In this document: piece by piece, positions 53,407 through 63,938 of the stretch | How the letters are laid out: each line of letters begins with the position of its first letter | Numbering within the stretch: the stretch's first letter is position 1 | NCBI GenBank assembly: GCA_963776365.1 | Contig: CAVZMQ010000004.1 | Location: 2,054-66,053 of the forward strand | Length of the DNA stretch: 64,000 nucleotides | DNA from: Candidatus Acidiferrales bacterium | GTDB lineage: Bacteria > Acidobacteriota > Terriglobia > Acidiferrales > UBA7541 | Direction: 5' to 3' | Position numbers and translations under genes: made by a program | Notes under the pieces: model-generated | The model's database searches: none | What the model was told of the DNA's origin: nothing | The model's input: only the letters and a program-made list of their open reading frames with translations

Positions 53407-56087
53407 ATGAGCTTACGAACACTCGGTGGCGTGTGCAGGTTAGCTTGGGTTGGCGCCGGAATCCAACTTGGCGTCACGGGCGTGTTGGCGACCCAGGGGC
53501 AGCGGGCCGATGGGCCACGTCCCGGGCGCAGTCAAAGAACTGAACTTGAAGCCGGCGGGTCCGCTGCCAGGCGCCCAGCCCATGCGCATCTCGATTGGAC
53601 TTCCGTTGCGCAACCGCCAAGAGTTGGACCGATTCCTGGAGCAGCTTTACGATCCCGCCAGCCCCAGCTACCGGCATTATCTGACCCCAGCCCAATTCAC
53701 CGAGCGCTTCGGCCCCACGGAAGAGGATTACCAGGCGGTTGTCGCTTTCGCCCGGTCAAACGGGCTGGCGGTCACCTCTATAGACCCGGGCCGGGTTCTT
53801 GTGGACGTGAGGGCGTCGGTCGCGGACATCGAACGAGTCTGCCATGTCAGACTCCAGGTCTACCCACATCCAACCGAGTCGCGCCTTTTTTACGCGCCGG
53901 ACTCCGAGCCATGGCTCGATCTCAAGACGTCGGTCCTCCATATCACGGGCTTGGACAATCTGTCCCTTCCGCATCCGGCCCTCGGGGGTCCGGGCTCAGT
54001 CAACGCCTCGTCGGGAGCGGGTTCCGGGCCGGGCGGCACTCTCATGGGCTACGATTTCCGCGCCGCCTACGTCCCGGGCGTCTCCCAAACGGGCGCCGGC
54101 CAGACAGTCGCGCTGGTCGAGTTCGACGGGTATTACCCAAGCGACATCACCGATTACGAACAGCAGGCCGGACTGCCCTCAGTGCTCCTGGCCAACGTGC
54201 CTCTGGACGGCTTCGACATGACGCCCTCGACCCATGCGAAGGAAGTGTCGATGGACATCGAGCTGGTGATCTCGATGGCGCCGGGGTTGGCCGGTGTCCT
54301 GGTTTATGCCGCCCCGAGCTGGGACGTCAATAGTTACGTCAATGATGTCCTCGAGCGCATCGCCACGGACAACCTGGCGCAACAAATCAGCGCTTCGTGG
54401 ACCCTTACGCCGGATGTCGTGGGCCTCGCGTTTCTGCAGCAGATGGCCGCCCAAGGCCAATCGTTCTTCTTGGCTTCCGGGGACGGCGGGGCCTACGTTA
54501 ATGGCAGCGATCCCCGCTGGTGGTGGGAACCTAACGACAACCCGTACGTCACCAGTGTAGGCGGAACGACCTTGACAACGAGCGGCCCTGGCGGCTTCTG
54601 GCTTTCGGAAACCACCTGGACCGGGTACACGAGCGGATACGGAACCAACGCCAGCGGAGGTGGAATCAGCACGAACTACACGATCCCCTTTTGGCAAACG
54701 AATACGAGCATGGCATCCAACGGCGGCTCGACCCGCATGCGGAACTGCCCCGATGTAGCCATGGTGGCGGAGAACGTTTGGGTCGTTTACGACAACGGAA
54801 AGACCGGGTCCAGCGGCGGAACGAGCGCTTCCGCCCCGCTCTGGGCCGGGTTCACCGCTTTGGTTAACGAGACGGCCGCAAGCTACGGCCTGAGGAAGGT
54901 GGGTTTTCTCAACCCGGCGCTTTACCGATTGGGGAACAGCTCGGTATACTCCTCATTTTTCCACGACATCACGAGTGGCAACAACACCAACTTGTCCAGC
55001 CATAACCTTTTTTACGCCTGCCCGGGGTACGACCTTTGCACCGGCTGGGGCAGCCCGAAGGGCATGAATCTGATCAACGCGCTCGTCTTTCAAGACCCCC
55101 TGAGTGTGTCGCCGGAAACTGATTTCCGCCTCAGCGGGGGTGCTGGGGGTCCGTTCAGCCTGACCAACCAGACGTTCTTGTTGCTCAACACAGGTTCGTC
55201 AAATTTGACTTGGTCGGCGGCCAGTTCGAGCGCCTGGCTTATCGCTTCCCCCGGCTCAGGTGTCTTGGTGGGTGGGGCCTCAACCAATGTCACGGTGAGC
55301 CTCGCCCCGTTGACGGCGGAACTCGCGGAAGGAAGTGTACTCCGGCGGCATCGTTTTCAGCAATCGCACACTCAGAAGCCAGAGACTCCGCTCCTTCACG
55401 TTGCAAGTTGGGCTGTTGCCAGTCACTTTCGACGACCTCAGCGGCCCGGGCGGCTCCGTTCCCGCCGGTTACGCAGGCATGGACTGGGAGAATTTTCACT
55501 ATCTCAACGCCATCGATACCATTGAACCTCCCAGTGGATACCAGAAAGGTCTGATCTCACCGCCGAACGTTATTTACAATGGGTCTGGAAGACCGGCCAG
55601 TATCGTGGGCGTTGTTCCCTTCGACCTGCTTTCCGCCTACGTGACCGCGGCTTGGCGGGACAATCTTGCACTCTATGCAGCCGGTTCCTTGGCCGGCAAG
55701 ACAAACTTCACCCTCACCACCAACTTGTCCACAACCACGCCGCTCCTGCTGCAGTTTGGTTTTTTCGGCGTGGACAGGGTTGATTTTACGACTTCTGGAG
55801 GGACCAACAGCGACCAGTTCGTCATGGATAACGTTTTGATCGTGCCGCACTGGTCTGCCCCCACGCCGCCCACGCTCGACACCTGGATCTGGTCCGAAGG
55901 CTGGGTTGGCCTCCGCTGGGGGGCGCAATTGGGCCAGACTTATCAAATTGAATCCGCCGCCGAGCTTCCGCCGCAGCACTGGATGCGGCTTGGCCCGCCC
56001 ATCACCGCGACGAGCGCGCTCATCAGTCGAATCACCACATCCACCAACAATCAAGGGAAATTCTACCGCCTCAACTTGTTCCCCTAA
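53407..56087 (+). CDS. S53 (sedolisin/kumamolisin) peptidase with pro-domain, BACON-like and C-terminal domains; two apparent frameshifts
   Basis: EVSMDIE, ASGDGG, GGTSASAPLWAG, YDLCTGWGSP; signal peptide from ATG 53407; frameshifts near 53509 and 55332. Confidence 0.88.
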
Positions 56088-56760
56088 CGACCTTTCCCCA
56101 GTTCACCTGGTGGCGGAGACCCTCAGTGCAACTCGGCGGGAATGAAGTGGCTGCCGGGCGCCGACACCGGCTGCTGCCGCCGGCGGCACCATCGCTCATA
56201 AAATCAGTGCCCCATGCTATACCAACACCATGCTATACCAACATAGAATCGAAGGGCTGGGATGCATCGCCGGAAGAATTGCCTTGAGCAGGAATTGGAT
56301 GGGTGTCTGGCAAAGCGCTTGGACGCTGCGGTGAGGCGCGAGCCTTCGAGCCCGGTCAACCCTCCGTCCACCACGCCGCAGGATTACTGAGCCGCCCCGC
56401 ATCACCCGGCCATAGGAGTAATGGGAATGATGGGAGAGATGGGTAACTGGCGCTGGTCAGTACATGCGCAGCCTTTTAGCGGAAGCTGAGGCGGCTTGCA
56501 ATAGCAGATTGCGCAAGAGGCAATCCAGGCTCATTATGCGGCGGTGGCTACGGGTGGCGAGACGCGAGGAGCCAGGCTCGCAGCCACTTCCGGTACCGGC
56601 TCGGTAGCGTAGACCTCGTGGCAGCTTAGCCAAGAGCGCGCGGCGCTTCTAAGGGAAGCCCTCAGGGCCTAGACAAGGCACAGGTTCGTATGGATTGAGC
56701 GAACACTCCATCCAAAGGCGTTTGCACTTGGTCCTTTGCGCGGACCGTAGCTACGACGAT

Positions 56761-58953
56761 TCAACGAACAATTGTCGTGGTCTTGGGAGGAGGCTCACTC
56801 CTTTCAAGCACGGTTTTGATGGCATCAAGCAATTGTTGTTCGCTGAGATTCTCCCCATGCTTGACTGTTAGCCCCGTAACTTTCCCGGACGTGTCCCGGT
56901 TGACAGCGACTGCGGCCTCGGCGGACAACCGGCCCTGTAGCGGCATGGCAATCGCCTTATTGATGGGGGCCGCGTTCTTCGCCAACACTACAAACTCCAC
57001 GGTGTTGGTGGAATTCGTTGTGCCCAAAAACCTAGGTGGAAGAGTGGCATTGAAAGCAATATTATTTGTAAAGTAAAGGATTACGGTGTTGGTCTTAGAA
57101 TTGACAACCGTGTTGGTGATCACGGTAGTGGGGAACACATAGATGTTGCTGGGTTGGCAGCTCACTCCAGCAATTGTGACACCAGTCACGTCTTGTGGAT
57201 TGGTAAGTCCTCGGACCAGAATTGTGAAGGTGGTATTGGTATCGCGCCACACAACGTGCGGGAAAACATCGGTTATACTGGGCTTGTTGGTGTCTGTTTT
57301 CTCAACAGGGAAGAGATCAGTTATCGGTAACCGGATTGCCGTCCTATGGCTCATGGCGGAAGTTTTCAACAAATCCAGGGCGATCTGCATTTGAAGATAC
57401 TGGTTTCGAATGTCGGGTGGAACGTTGGTTGGATACTCCTCTCCGTGCGCGCTCACCTGGTCTAGCAGTTTGGAGGCCGAATCGAGTGCGGCGGCTCTGA
57501 CGAACCGCTCGAAGAGGGGGTAGTGTTTTCCGAGGAACGATGCCACATCCGCGGATGGCACAAAAAAGGTGCTCGGCTTCTTAATGGGTATCCAGCGCGT
57601 TTGAACTTCTGTAACTAGCAGGCTCCAAGGCCCGCCATCGGCAATGGAATTCGTACCGACTAAGTCGTCCTTATCGACAAGGACGACCACGACGAGCGGG
57701 AACGTGATGGGTTGTAGAACGTTTCCAGGTGAACCTGCCTTGCTTGGATCCTCCATTGCTTGAAGAGACGGGTAAACCTGGAATCCGAAATGCCGTCCAT
57801 CAGCGTAAGTCGTCGCTACAGGCAGAGAGTTCCTTGTATCAATATCAAATTCGTGCTTCGCCACGTAATCTGCCAAGCTTTTAGCCGCTGCATTAAGTCC
57901 TTTTGCGGCGAATGCCAATGAGAGCGCAGAGGCGAGCTCAACTTGGCTTCGGCTGCTTGTGCTCAGAGCCGTATTGCGACTATCCATCAGAGGCAAGACC
58001 GCCAACACCCTAGGCTGATCATGCTGGCTTACGTGATATACGGTATTGCTCTTGCCGACGGCGTAAAGCGTTTGACCGCTCTCGCTGACGACCTTATCCG
58101 TGAGGTTTCGGACTCCCACCTCTTTTTTGATGCGAACGATGTTGCGCGACTCCGCGTCGATACCCAAGGTCGTAGTCGAATCTGCGTAAGCTGCATTAGT
58201 GGTGTAGAGGGGCAACGAGACATCCTCCCGGCAGTATTTCAAGGAGACATCCAATTCTGCTATATAATGCTTCCTTGTGAGCTGCCCAGGCTGGCAAGTG
58301 ACCTGCATGGCCCCAAACAAAACAGCCTGCTGGTTCGTGCCTGAATCGGGATTTGCCATTAATTTCAGTATCTGCTCCGCAATCTTGTCGTTGATCCCCT
58401 TTAACACAGCTTGTCGCTCATCAATCGTGGGGTTAAGGCCGCTGAGGGTGAGGCCCGGCGTAAAACCAGTCATGGCGGCCTGGGCCTGGGTTGGTACCTC
58501 CAACTGGCCCGGACTGTTTGTTGAAGTCGAAGCCAAACCGGGTGCAACGGGGGGTGTAACCTGACCTTGCGCGGCGAAGGCAAGGTACAGACTGCTTTCA
58601 GAAAGCGCCCGTGCATCGCTACTGACGTTGTTTCGGGCAGCTTGAACGTAATTGGTCGCATCCTCCTCGAAAGGCACTTTGAACTGCCCCTTGTTGGGGA
58701 CCAATTCCAAGTCTGAGACGGTGATTTTGCCCCACGCGTTCAGGGACATCTCGATCTTGTTTAGACACCACCCCGCCTCCACCATCTTCTTCTCTTCTGG
58801 CGTGCCGCAACTTGATGCCAGAACGATCGTCAAAAGCACGAGAATGAGACGAATTAGCTGGGGCGCGTTACCCTTAGAAACTCGCTGGCGAGGGTAGTAG
58901 AGAGGAGTCCTCAGCGTGCGAAGATCACGATACAGATGGTAGGAGTGGTTCAT
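56761..58953 (-). CDS. Large hypothetical lipoprotein (~730 aa)
   Basis: Long uninterrupted ORF; lipobox-like LTIVLASSC; Thr/Asn-rich Ig-like C-terminal part. Confidence 0.7.
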   Translation of the reverse strand: MNHSYHLYRDLRTLRTPLYYPRQRVSKGNAPQLIRLILVLLTIVLASSCGTPEEKKMVEAGWCLNKIEMSLNAWGKITVSDLELVPNKGQFKVPFEEDATNYVQAARNNVSSDARALSESSLYLAFAAQGQVTPPVAPGLASTSTNSPGQLEVPTQAQAAMTGFTPGLTLSGLNPTIDERQAVLKGINDKIAEQILKLMANPDSGTNQQAVLFGAMQVTCQPGQLTRKHYIAELDVSLKYCREDVSLPLYTTNAAYADSTTTLGIDAESRNIVRIKKEVGVRNLTDKVVSESGQTLYAVGKSNTVYHVSQHDQPRVLAVLPLMDSRNTALSTSSRSQVELASALSLAFAAKGLNAAAKSLADYVAKHEFDIDTRNSLPVATTYADGRHFGFQVYPSLQAMEDPSKAGSPGNVLQPITFPLVVVVLVDKDDLVGTNSIADGGPWSLLVTEVQTRWIPIKKPSTFFVPSADVASFLGKHYPLFERFVRAAALDSASKLLDQVSAHGEEYPTNVPPDIRNQYLQMQIALDLLKTSAMSHRTAIRLPITDLFPVEKTDTNKPSITDVFPHVVWRDTNTTFTILVRGLTNPQDVTGVTIAGVSCQPSNIYVFPTTVITNTVVNSKTNTVILYFTNNIAFNATLPPRFLGTTNSTNTVEFVVLAKNAAPINKAIAMPLQGRLSAEAAVAVNRDTSGKVTGLTVKHGENLSEQQLLDAIKTVLERSEPPPKTTTIVR

Positions 58954-59486
58954 AATGCCTAGTTTATGCAAGCCTTGTCGTCCCACTAGTTTGATTAGGA
59001 AACAGAATCGATTAAACATTATGATATTAGCGTTCGGGGTCGGTCTATGGGGTATTCACCCCATATTGACAGCCAGCCCCTTTCTGCTCTTTGCGCCTGA
59101 CATCAAGGCGAAGTGTCCTGCCGCCAATCGCGACCTCGTAGCGTTCTCAGGTGATGTTTTCAATCATCACGCGCTCGCAGGCCTCACAGAGGAGGAAGCC
59201 CTGGACGTTCCTCGCCGCGGTGTGCCAGCGCTGCTGATTGGCTCCCTGTTGCGTGTTGGTCAAGCCTTCGCGCCCTTGCTGCCGAGGATCATCATCGAGA
59301 CACCGGGCGACGTGCTGTTGAAGGTCCTGCAAACGGGGCACTCGCCGGCTGCTACAACGGTGCGTCGCGCAGCCACCAAGACGGGCACGTCGGTGCCTGG
59401 CAGTTCAGAACCCAGGCCGCTTGCTCTACCGTAAGCCGGGCAGGCACTTGCCTCAGCAATCTCATGAAGCGATAGTTGATCCTCGC

Positions 59487-59790
59487 TCATGCCGAACCAC
59501 TCGAAAGCACGTACTGCGTTGCGAATTGCGGGTGACGTTGGCTCAGCAGCTTTACATTCCACCACGCGCCCGCTTTCGTGACGTACTTCGCGCAGTAGTC
59601 CGACACATCACCCGGCTGTTCACCGGCTCAATCCGGTTGCGGCCGTACCGCTCAAACCAGGTTCGCCAAATGTCCGCCGCCGCACATTGCGGCAATCCAC
59701 CCACAGCGCGTGCACGTGCTAACCATCCCGCCCCGGATTCGGCTCCAGCGCGTAGAAATACGACACCCCGCCCCACAACTCGCTCCGCAT
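59487..59790 (-). pseudogene. HUH rolling-circle replication initiator remnant
   Basis: Across one stop and two frameshifts: YFYALEPNPGRDG*HVHALW ... DIWRTWFERYGRNRIEPV ... DVSDYCAKYVTK (HUH and YxxKY motifs). Confidence 0.65.
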
Positions 59791-60012
59791 GAACTTCTCA
59801 TAGCATCGAATGGATCGCGATCCTAGTGATTTGGTGCGCGGTTGCCTTTATGCCAAGACCGACTCCGATGGAGGCTCATGGTAGAGAATGGATAACCAGC
59901 CTGCAGACGCCTGCACGAAAGTGCGCTTTGCAGTTGACGGCGGGTGGGAAATATGCCGCAATGCTGGCAAGGGACCTCTCCGGTCCCTCCTGCCGTTTAA
60001 GGGGGCTATCTG

Positions 60013-60516
60013 ATGAAGACTACCAGTAAGCCCAAACCCGTGACTGCCGTGCCGCCCGTTCCGCCTAAGGCAGTCACTAACCTTTCCCAACTCGAACAGC
60101 TTTCCAACGGGGCTCCGTTGATCGTGGACTTGAAGATCCGCGACCAGGTCGTGCGCTTCACGGGGCGACGGCTCAAGCCGGTGGAGTCCAAGGAAGTGAA
60201 GCTGATCCTGGAACGGGCGTTACCGCCGATCCTGCCCCCGGAGAAGGAAGGGATGCCGGCGCGCTACGATTACCGGGACCCGGGTTATCTGCGCCGCCTG
60301 GAAGAAGACAAGCGTCAGGCCCGCGCCTTGGCCCTGCACACGGCCTTCCCCTTGTTCGCGGAAGCCCTGGCCCAGGAATCGCCCAATGACCCGGTGGATG
60401 CCCAGCGGATTTGCCAGTTCATCGAATCGCGCCGCCTCGATGATGACATTCTCGATGCGTTGTTTGCCCGCGTCTATGAACGGCAGGTGGACGCGGCGAC
60501 GGTCAGTTTTTCCTAA
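60013..60516 (+). CDS. Phage tail assembly chaperone (gpG-like)
   Basis: Lies just before the tape measure; ends at a T-rich run GTTTTTCC-TAA. Confidence 0.6.
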   Translation: MKTTSKPKPVTAVPPVPPKAVTNLSQLEQLSNGAPLIVDLKIRDQVVRFTGRRLKPVESKEVKLILERALPPILPPEKEGMPARYDYRDPGYLRRLEEDKRQARALALHTAFPLFAEALAQESPNDPVDAQRICQFIESRRLDDDILDALFARVYERQVDAATVSFS

Positions 60517-60818
60517 GGCAGCAACTTCCGGAGCGGCTTGAACACTACGAGTTCAAGAAGCTGCTGCCGGATGACAAAGCCCTGCCGCCGCCATCCGATG
60601 AATACCTGGAGATGGAGACCGCCAAAGCCTTTGGCTACCGCTGGGGCGATTGGCTGGTGGAACATCCCCGCTTGAGGGCGCAGATGATGGCTCACGAACT
60701 GGTCAAGGGCATGCGCGACGCCTACCTGATGGAGCAACGCCAGGCCGTGGCCGAGAAGGGACCCAATCCCAAACAGCCGGCAGTGTGGGACACCATTCGC
60801 AGCCGGTTCTTTCGGTAA
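60500..60818 (+). CDS. -1 frame extension of the tail chaperone (gpGT-like)
   Basis: The -1 frame is open from the T-run (FFLRQQLPERL...) through ORF 60612-60818. Confidence 0.55.
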
Positions 60819-60839
60819 TGGGAAGTATGGGAAGAATGC

Positions 60840-60902
60840 GAGTGATGAAGCCGCCTCAGCCATAGCTGATAGCCAATAGCCAATAGCCGATAGCCAAGCG
60901 CC
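60840..60902. repeat. Heptamer tandem repeat (ATAGCCA/ATAGCYG)
   Basis: CATAGCTGATAGCCAATAGCCAATAGCCGATAGCCA between the chaperone and tape measure genes. Confidence 0.85.
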
Positions 60903-63120
60903 ATGAGCGAGAGTAATCCGATCTTGCAGGACACCATCCGGCTGGACGTGGAAGTACCGCAGCAGGTCAAGGGGTTGAGCGACCTGCTGACGCAGTTGGA
61001 GCAGGTGAAGCGGGCGGCGCTGGCGGTGGATGCCGCGCTGAAAAGGCGGCGGCGGCAAGCCGGCGCTGAACGGCGCGGCGACTGGTGGCCGAGATCAAGG
61101 AACTCCAGAAAGGCTCAGCGGCAGGCCGCTGGACCTGAACTTGAAGGGGTTGAGCCAAGCTTTTGATGTGCCGCTGCGGCAGTTCAAGGCGTTACGTCCG
61201 CCACAAAAGGACCTCAAAGCGGGAGTTTGCCTGAGCCAGTGACGGGGATGTTGCGCTCGGCGGAAGCCGCGGGGCGGGTGCTGGATGCCTTCTATACGCA
61301 CCAGGCGGCCCAACGCCAGGCGCAACTCAAGCAACTGCAAACGCCGACCTTGACCTCCGTCCACGGCAGCGGGGAAGCGAAGGTGGACGGGCCGGTGAAG
61401 CTCGCTGTCCTGGCCGACCAGGTGCAGGCGTCTGTAAGCGGGACGGTCAGCTGGTGATCCCCGCCGAGCAAATCATCGCGACGGGCCTGGCCCGCAATGA
61501 GAAAGGGCAGTTCGTCGGGGCGGAGGAGGACAAAGTGGAGGACAAAGTGGGGGACGAAGTGGAGGACGAAGTGGTAAAGGGCCGCTCGATGTGGGGCCGC
61601 AGCCGGGCGAGTATGCGCGGCATCGGGTCGAGAACCTTCAGAGTGGAGCGATCCGGGAGACGATTTCGCGGCGGGATGCCGCTGGCCGCCTGGTCCATGA
61701 AACCTGGACCAACCTGAAAGGGGAGATCACGCGGCGGGCCTCCGAATCCACAACCGGCGAAAGTCCGATGCAGGAATTCAACCGGCTGCGCAAAAGCCTG
61801 GTCGAGAAATATAACTTGGGCGTCGCGCATCTGCCGCTCGATGACCGGATTGCGCATGACCTGGGGCTGAGTCATGTGCTGGGCCAGCACGCGAACGAGC
61901 TGGAGAATCTGCTGAGCGGGTCGGGCTACCTGCAAAAGGCGCTGGGACCGGTGCAGGCGCAGAACCTCCAGGCCGCGCTGAGCGAGCGGGCGGCGGTCCT
62001 GCGAGCGCGGGCGGGCTCCTTGGCCAGCGGTGCGCAGAGTGCGCTGGACCGCGTCGTCGAGCGCAAGGTGCAGCAAGAGTCGAAGCGCACGGTGCGCGAG
62101 CAGGGTCAAGCTCTGGCGGCGGCGGGTGAGGAAGCGGGTCACCGGGCGGCGTTGGCGGGATCGGCGGCTACCGAATACAAGAACTCCAACAAGGACATCT
62201 TCCGCACGGGCGCGGTGCAAACCCGTTACTTCGGGATGAAGGCGACGGGCTCCGAGGAAGCGGCGCGCATCATCGAGGCGGCGCTGGCGGCCAATCCCAA
62301 TGCGGCCCCACGCTTGCGGCGGCGGATGCAGATGCGGATGGAGGAACACTTCGCGGATGCGCGGGTCTTCCGGTCCACGGCAGGGGGTGACGACGTGCAT
62401 CCCAGCGGCGAATACGGCCGCTTTCTGGCCGGGTTGAAGGCCTTCACGCCGATGGGGATGCTGGCCAACATCACCAAGGTCTCGGGCTGGGCGGCGGCGG
62501 TGACCATGCTCTACAAGAGCGTGGAGTTGGCGCGTTACTCGCTGGAACGCTTCATTGAAGTGGGCGAGCAAACGGCGCGGTTGGATGTGGTCTTTCGCAA
62601 GGTCGGCGGCTCGACGGAGGAATTGACCAGCGACATTCTGAAGCTGGCCGCTGCCAACGCCACCGACACCGGCAAGGCGATGGAGAGCGCGACGGAGTGG
62701 GCGCGGCTGGGCCTGTCCCGCTCCGGGGTGGCGGAAGCAACGCGGGTGTCGCTGGCGGCGGCGAACGTGGCGCACATGAAGCCCGAGGAGACCACAAGCA
62801 ACTCAGCACGTTGATGCACGTCTTTGAGCTGGATGCTTCGGACCTCAACGGCGTGCTCGGGATGCTGACGGCGACCTCGCAGCGTTACAACGTCACTCTC
62901 GAGGATTTGTTTACCGGCCTTGACCGTTCGGCGGCGACCGCCAAACAGGCGCGGGTGAGCCTGGCCGAGTTGCAGGCGTTGCTCGCCGTGATGGTCGGCC
63001 GGACCGGGCAGACCGGCATCATTGTCGGCAACACGCTCAAGAACATCTTCACCCAATTCAACAACCCCACAATCCAGCGGTATTTGCGCCAGCAGTATGG
63101 CGTCGAGACGATGGTGACGG
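60903..63120 (+). pseudogene. Phage tail tape measure protein (TP901-like core), fragmented and 3' truncated
   Basis: RNEKGQF motif; AMESATEWARLG, LTATSQRYNVTLEDL..GL.RSAATAKQA.VSL.EL.AL, VGNTLKNIF; many frameshifts. Confidence 0.8.
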
Positions 63121-63278
63121 CGTGCTGGTGTCGGTCCTCACTATTGATACTTCCGGCGGGAATCCCCTGGGCGATTGCCGCGTCCGGCTTTACCGGGGCC
63201 AGTGGCTGTGGTCGGACTCGGCGAGAGGCCTTGGCGCGCACGGAAACGACCTTGTTCCAGGCTCTGTCAATGTTCTAG

Positions 63279-63938
63279 CTAAGCCTTTTGCCGCTTCCTG
63301 ACACGGTAACGGACGGCGTCTTCTTTGACGTGGAAGCCGATTTCAGGTTTAGGCGGCTGCGGAGGCGGTTCCAACAGGGGGCGGAGCTTCTGGAGGATCT
63401 CCCGCAGCGTCACATCGTGAACCAGCAACGTTTTGTCTATCTCGGCCAGGCGTCGGAGAATGGCCGCATTCGCGGCGACATCCTGGCGCATTTTGACGAA
63501 AGCACGAATGACATAGACGCTCATGGCGACGGCGCGGGGGCTGTTGAGGATATTGGCGGCCATGAGCGCGCCGTGTTCGGTGAAGACCACAGGCAGGTGG
63601 CGGACATTGCGTTTGGATGCGGTCGCAAATTGCGACCGCATACTTCCGTCTATGTTCAGGGCCGCAATTTGCGACCTTAAAGCGGCCCATTCCTCTAGCT
63701 TGAGCTGGAATGCGAAATCTCCCGGGAAGCGGTCGAGATTGCGGCGGTACTGCTCGTTGAGCCGTTTAGTCGGCACGCCATACAACCCTGCCAGGTCGGC
63801 ATCGAGGATAACACGTTGGTCCCGGACGGAATGAATCAGGTGGACTACGTCAGGGGCAAGCATCAACTCGGTTTTGCTCATCATGCAGCAGGGGGTTATC
63901 AGGGTGCCATCGCCTTGGCCAGCCGATTCGGAGCTCAT
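63279..63938 (-). CDS. ORF6N/KilA-like DNA-binding domain protein
   Basis: VILDADLAGLYGVPTKRLNEQ.RRNLDRFP.DFAFQL, PVVFTEHGALMAA.ILNSPRA; true start may be downstream. Confidence 0.92.
   Translation of the reverse strand: MSSESAGQGDGTLITPCCMMSKTELMLAPDVVHLIHSVRDQRVILDADLAGLYGVPTKRLNEQYRRNLDRFPGDFAFQLKLEEWAALRSQIAALNIDGSMRSQFATASKRNVRHLPVVFTEHGALMAANILNSPRAVAMSVYVIRAFVKMRQDVAANAAILRRLAEIDKTLLVHDVTLREILQKLRPLLEPPPQPPKPEIGFHVKEDAVRYRVRKRQKA

Larger units (their letters stand above)
45685..63157. mobile_element. Decayed prophage-like island bracketed by inverted ~32-bp repeats
   Basis: GCCGGAAGTGTCGAAAGTGAGGACTGACGCC (45685, +) versus GCCGGAAGTATCAATAGTGAGGACCGACACC (63157, -); tail genes inside. 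Confidence 0.55.

Noticed and set aside
61447-62775. 442-aa minus-strand ORF
   Set aside because: Antisense shadow of the GC-rich tape measure gene; Arg/His-rich composition typical of a non-coding frame.
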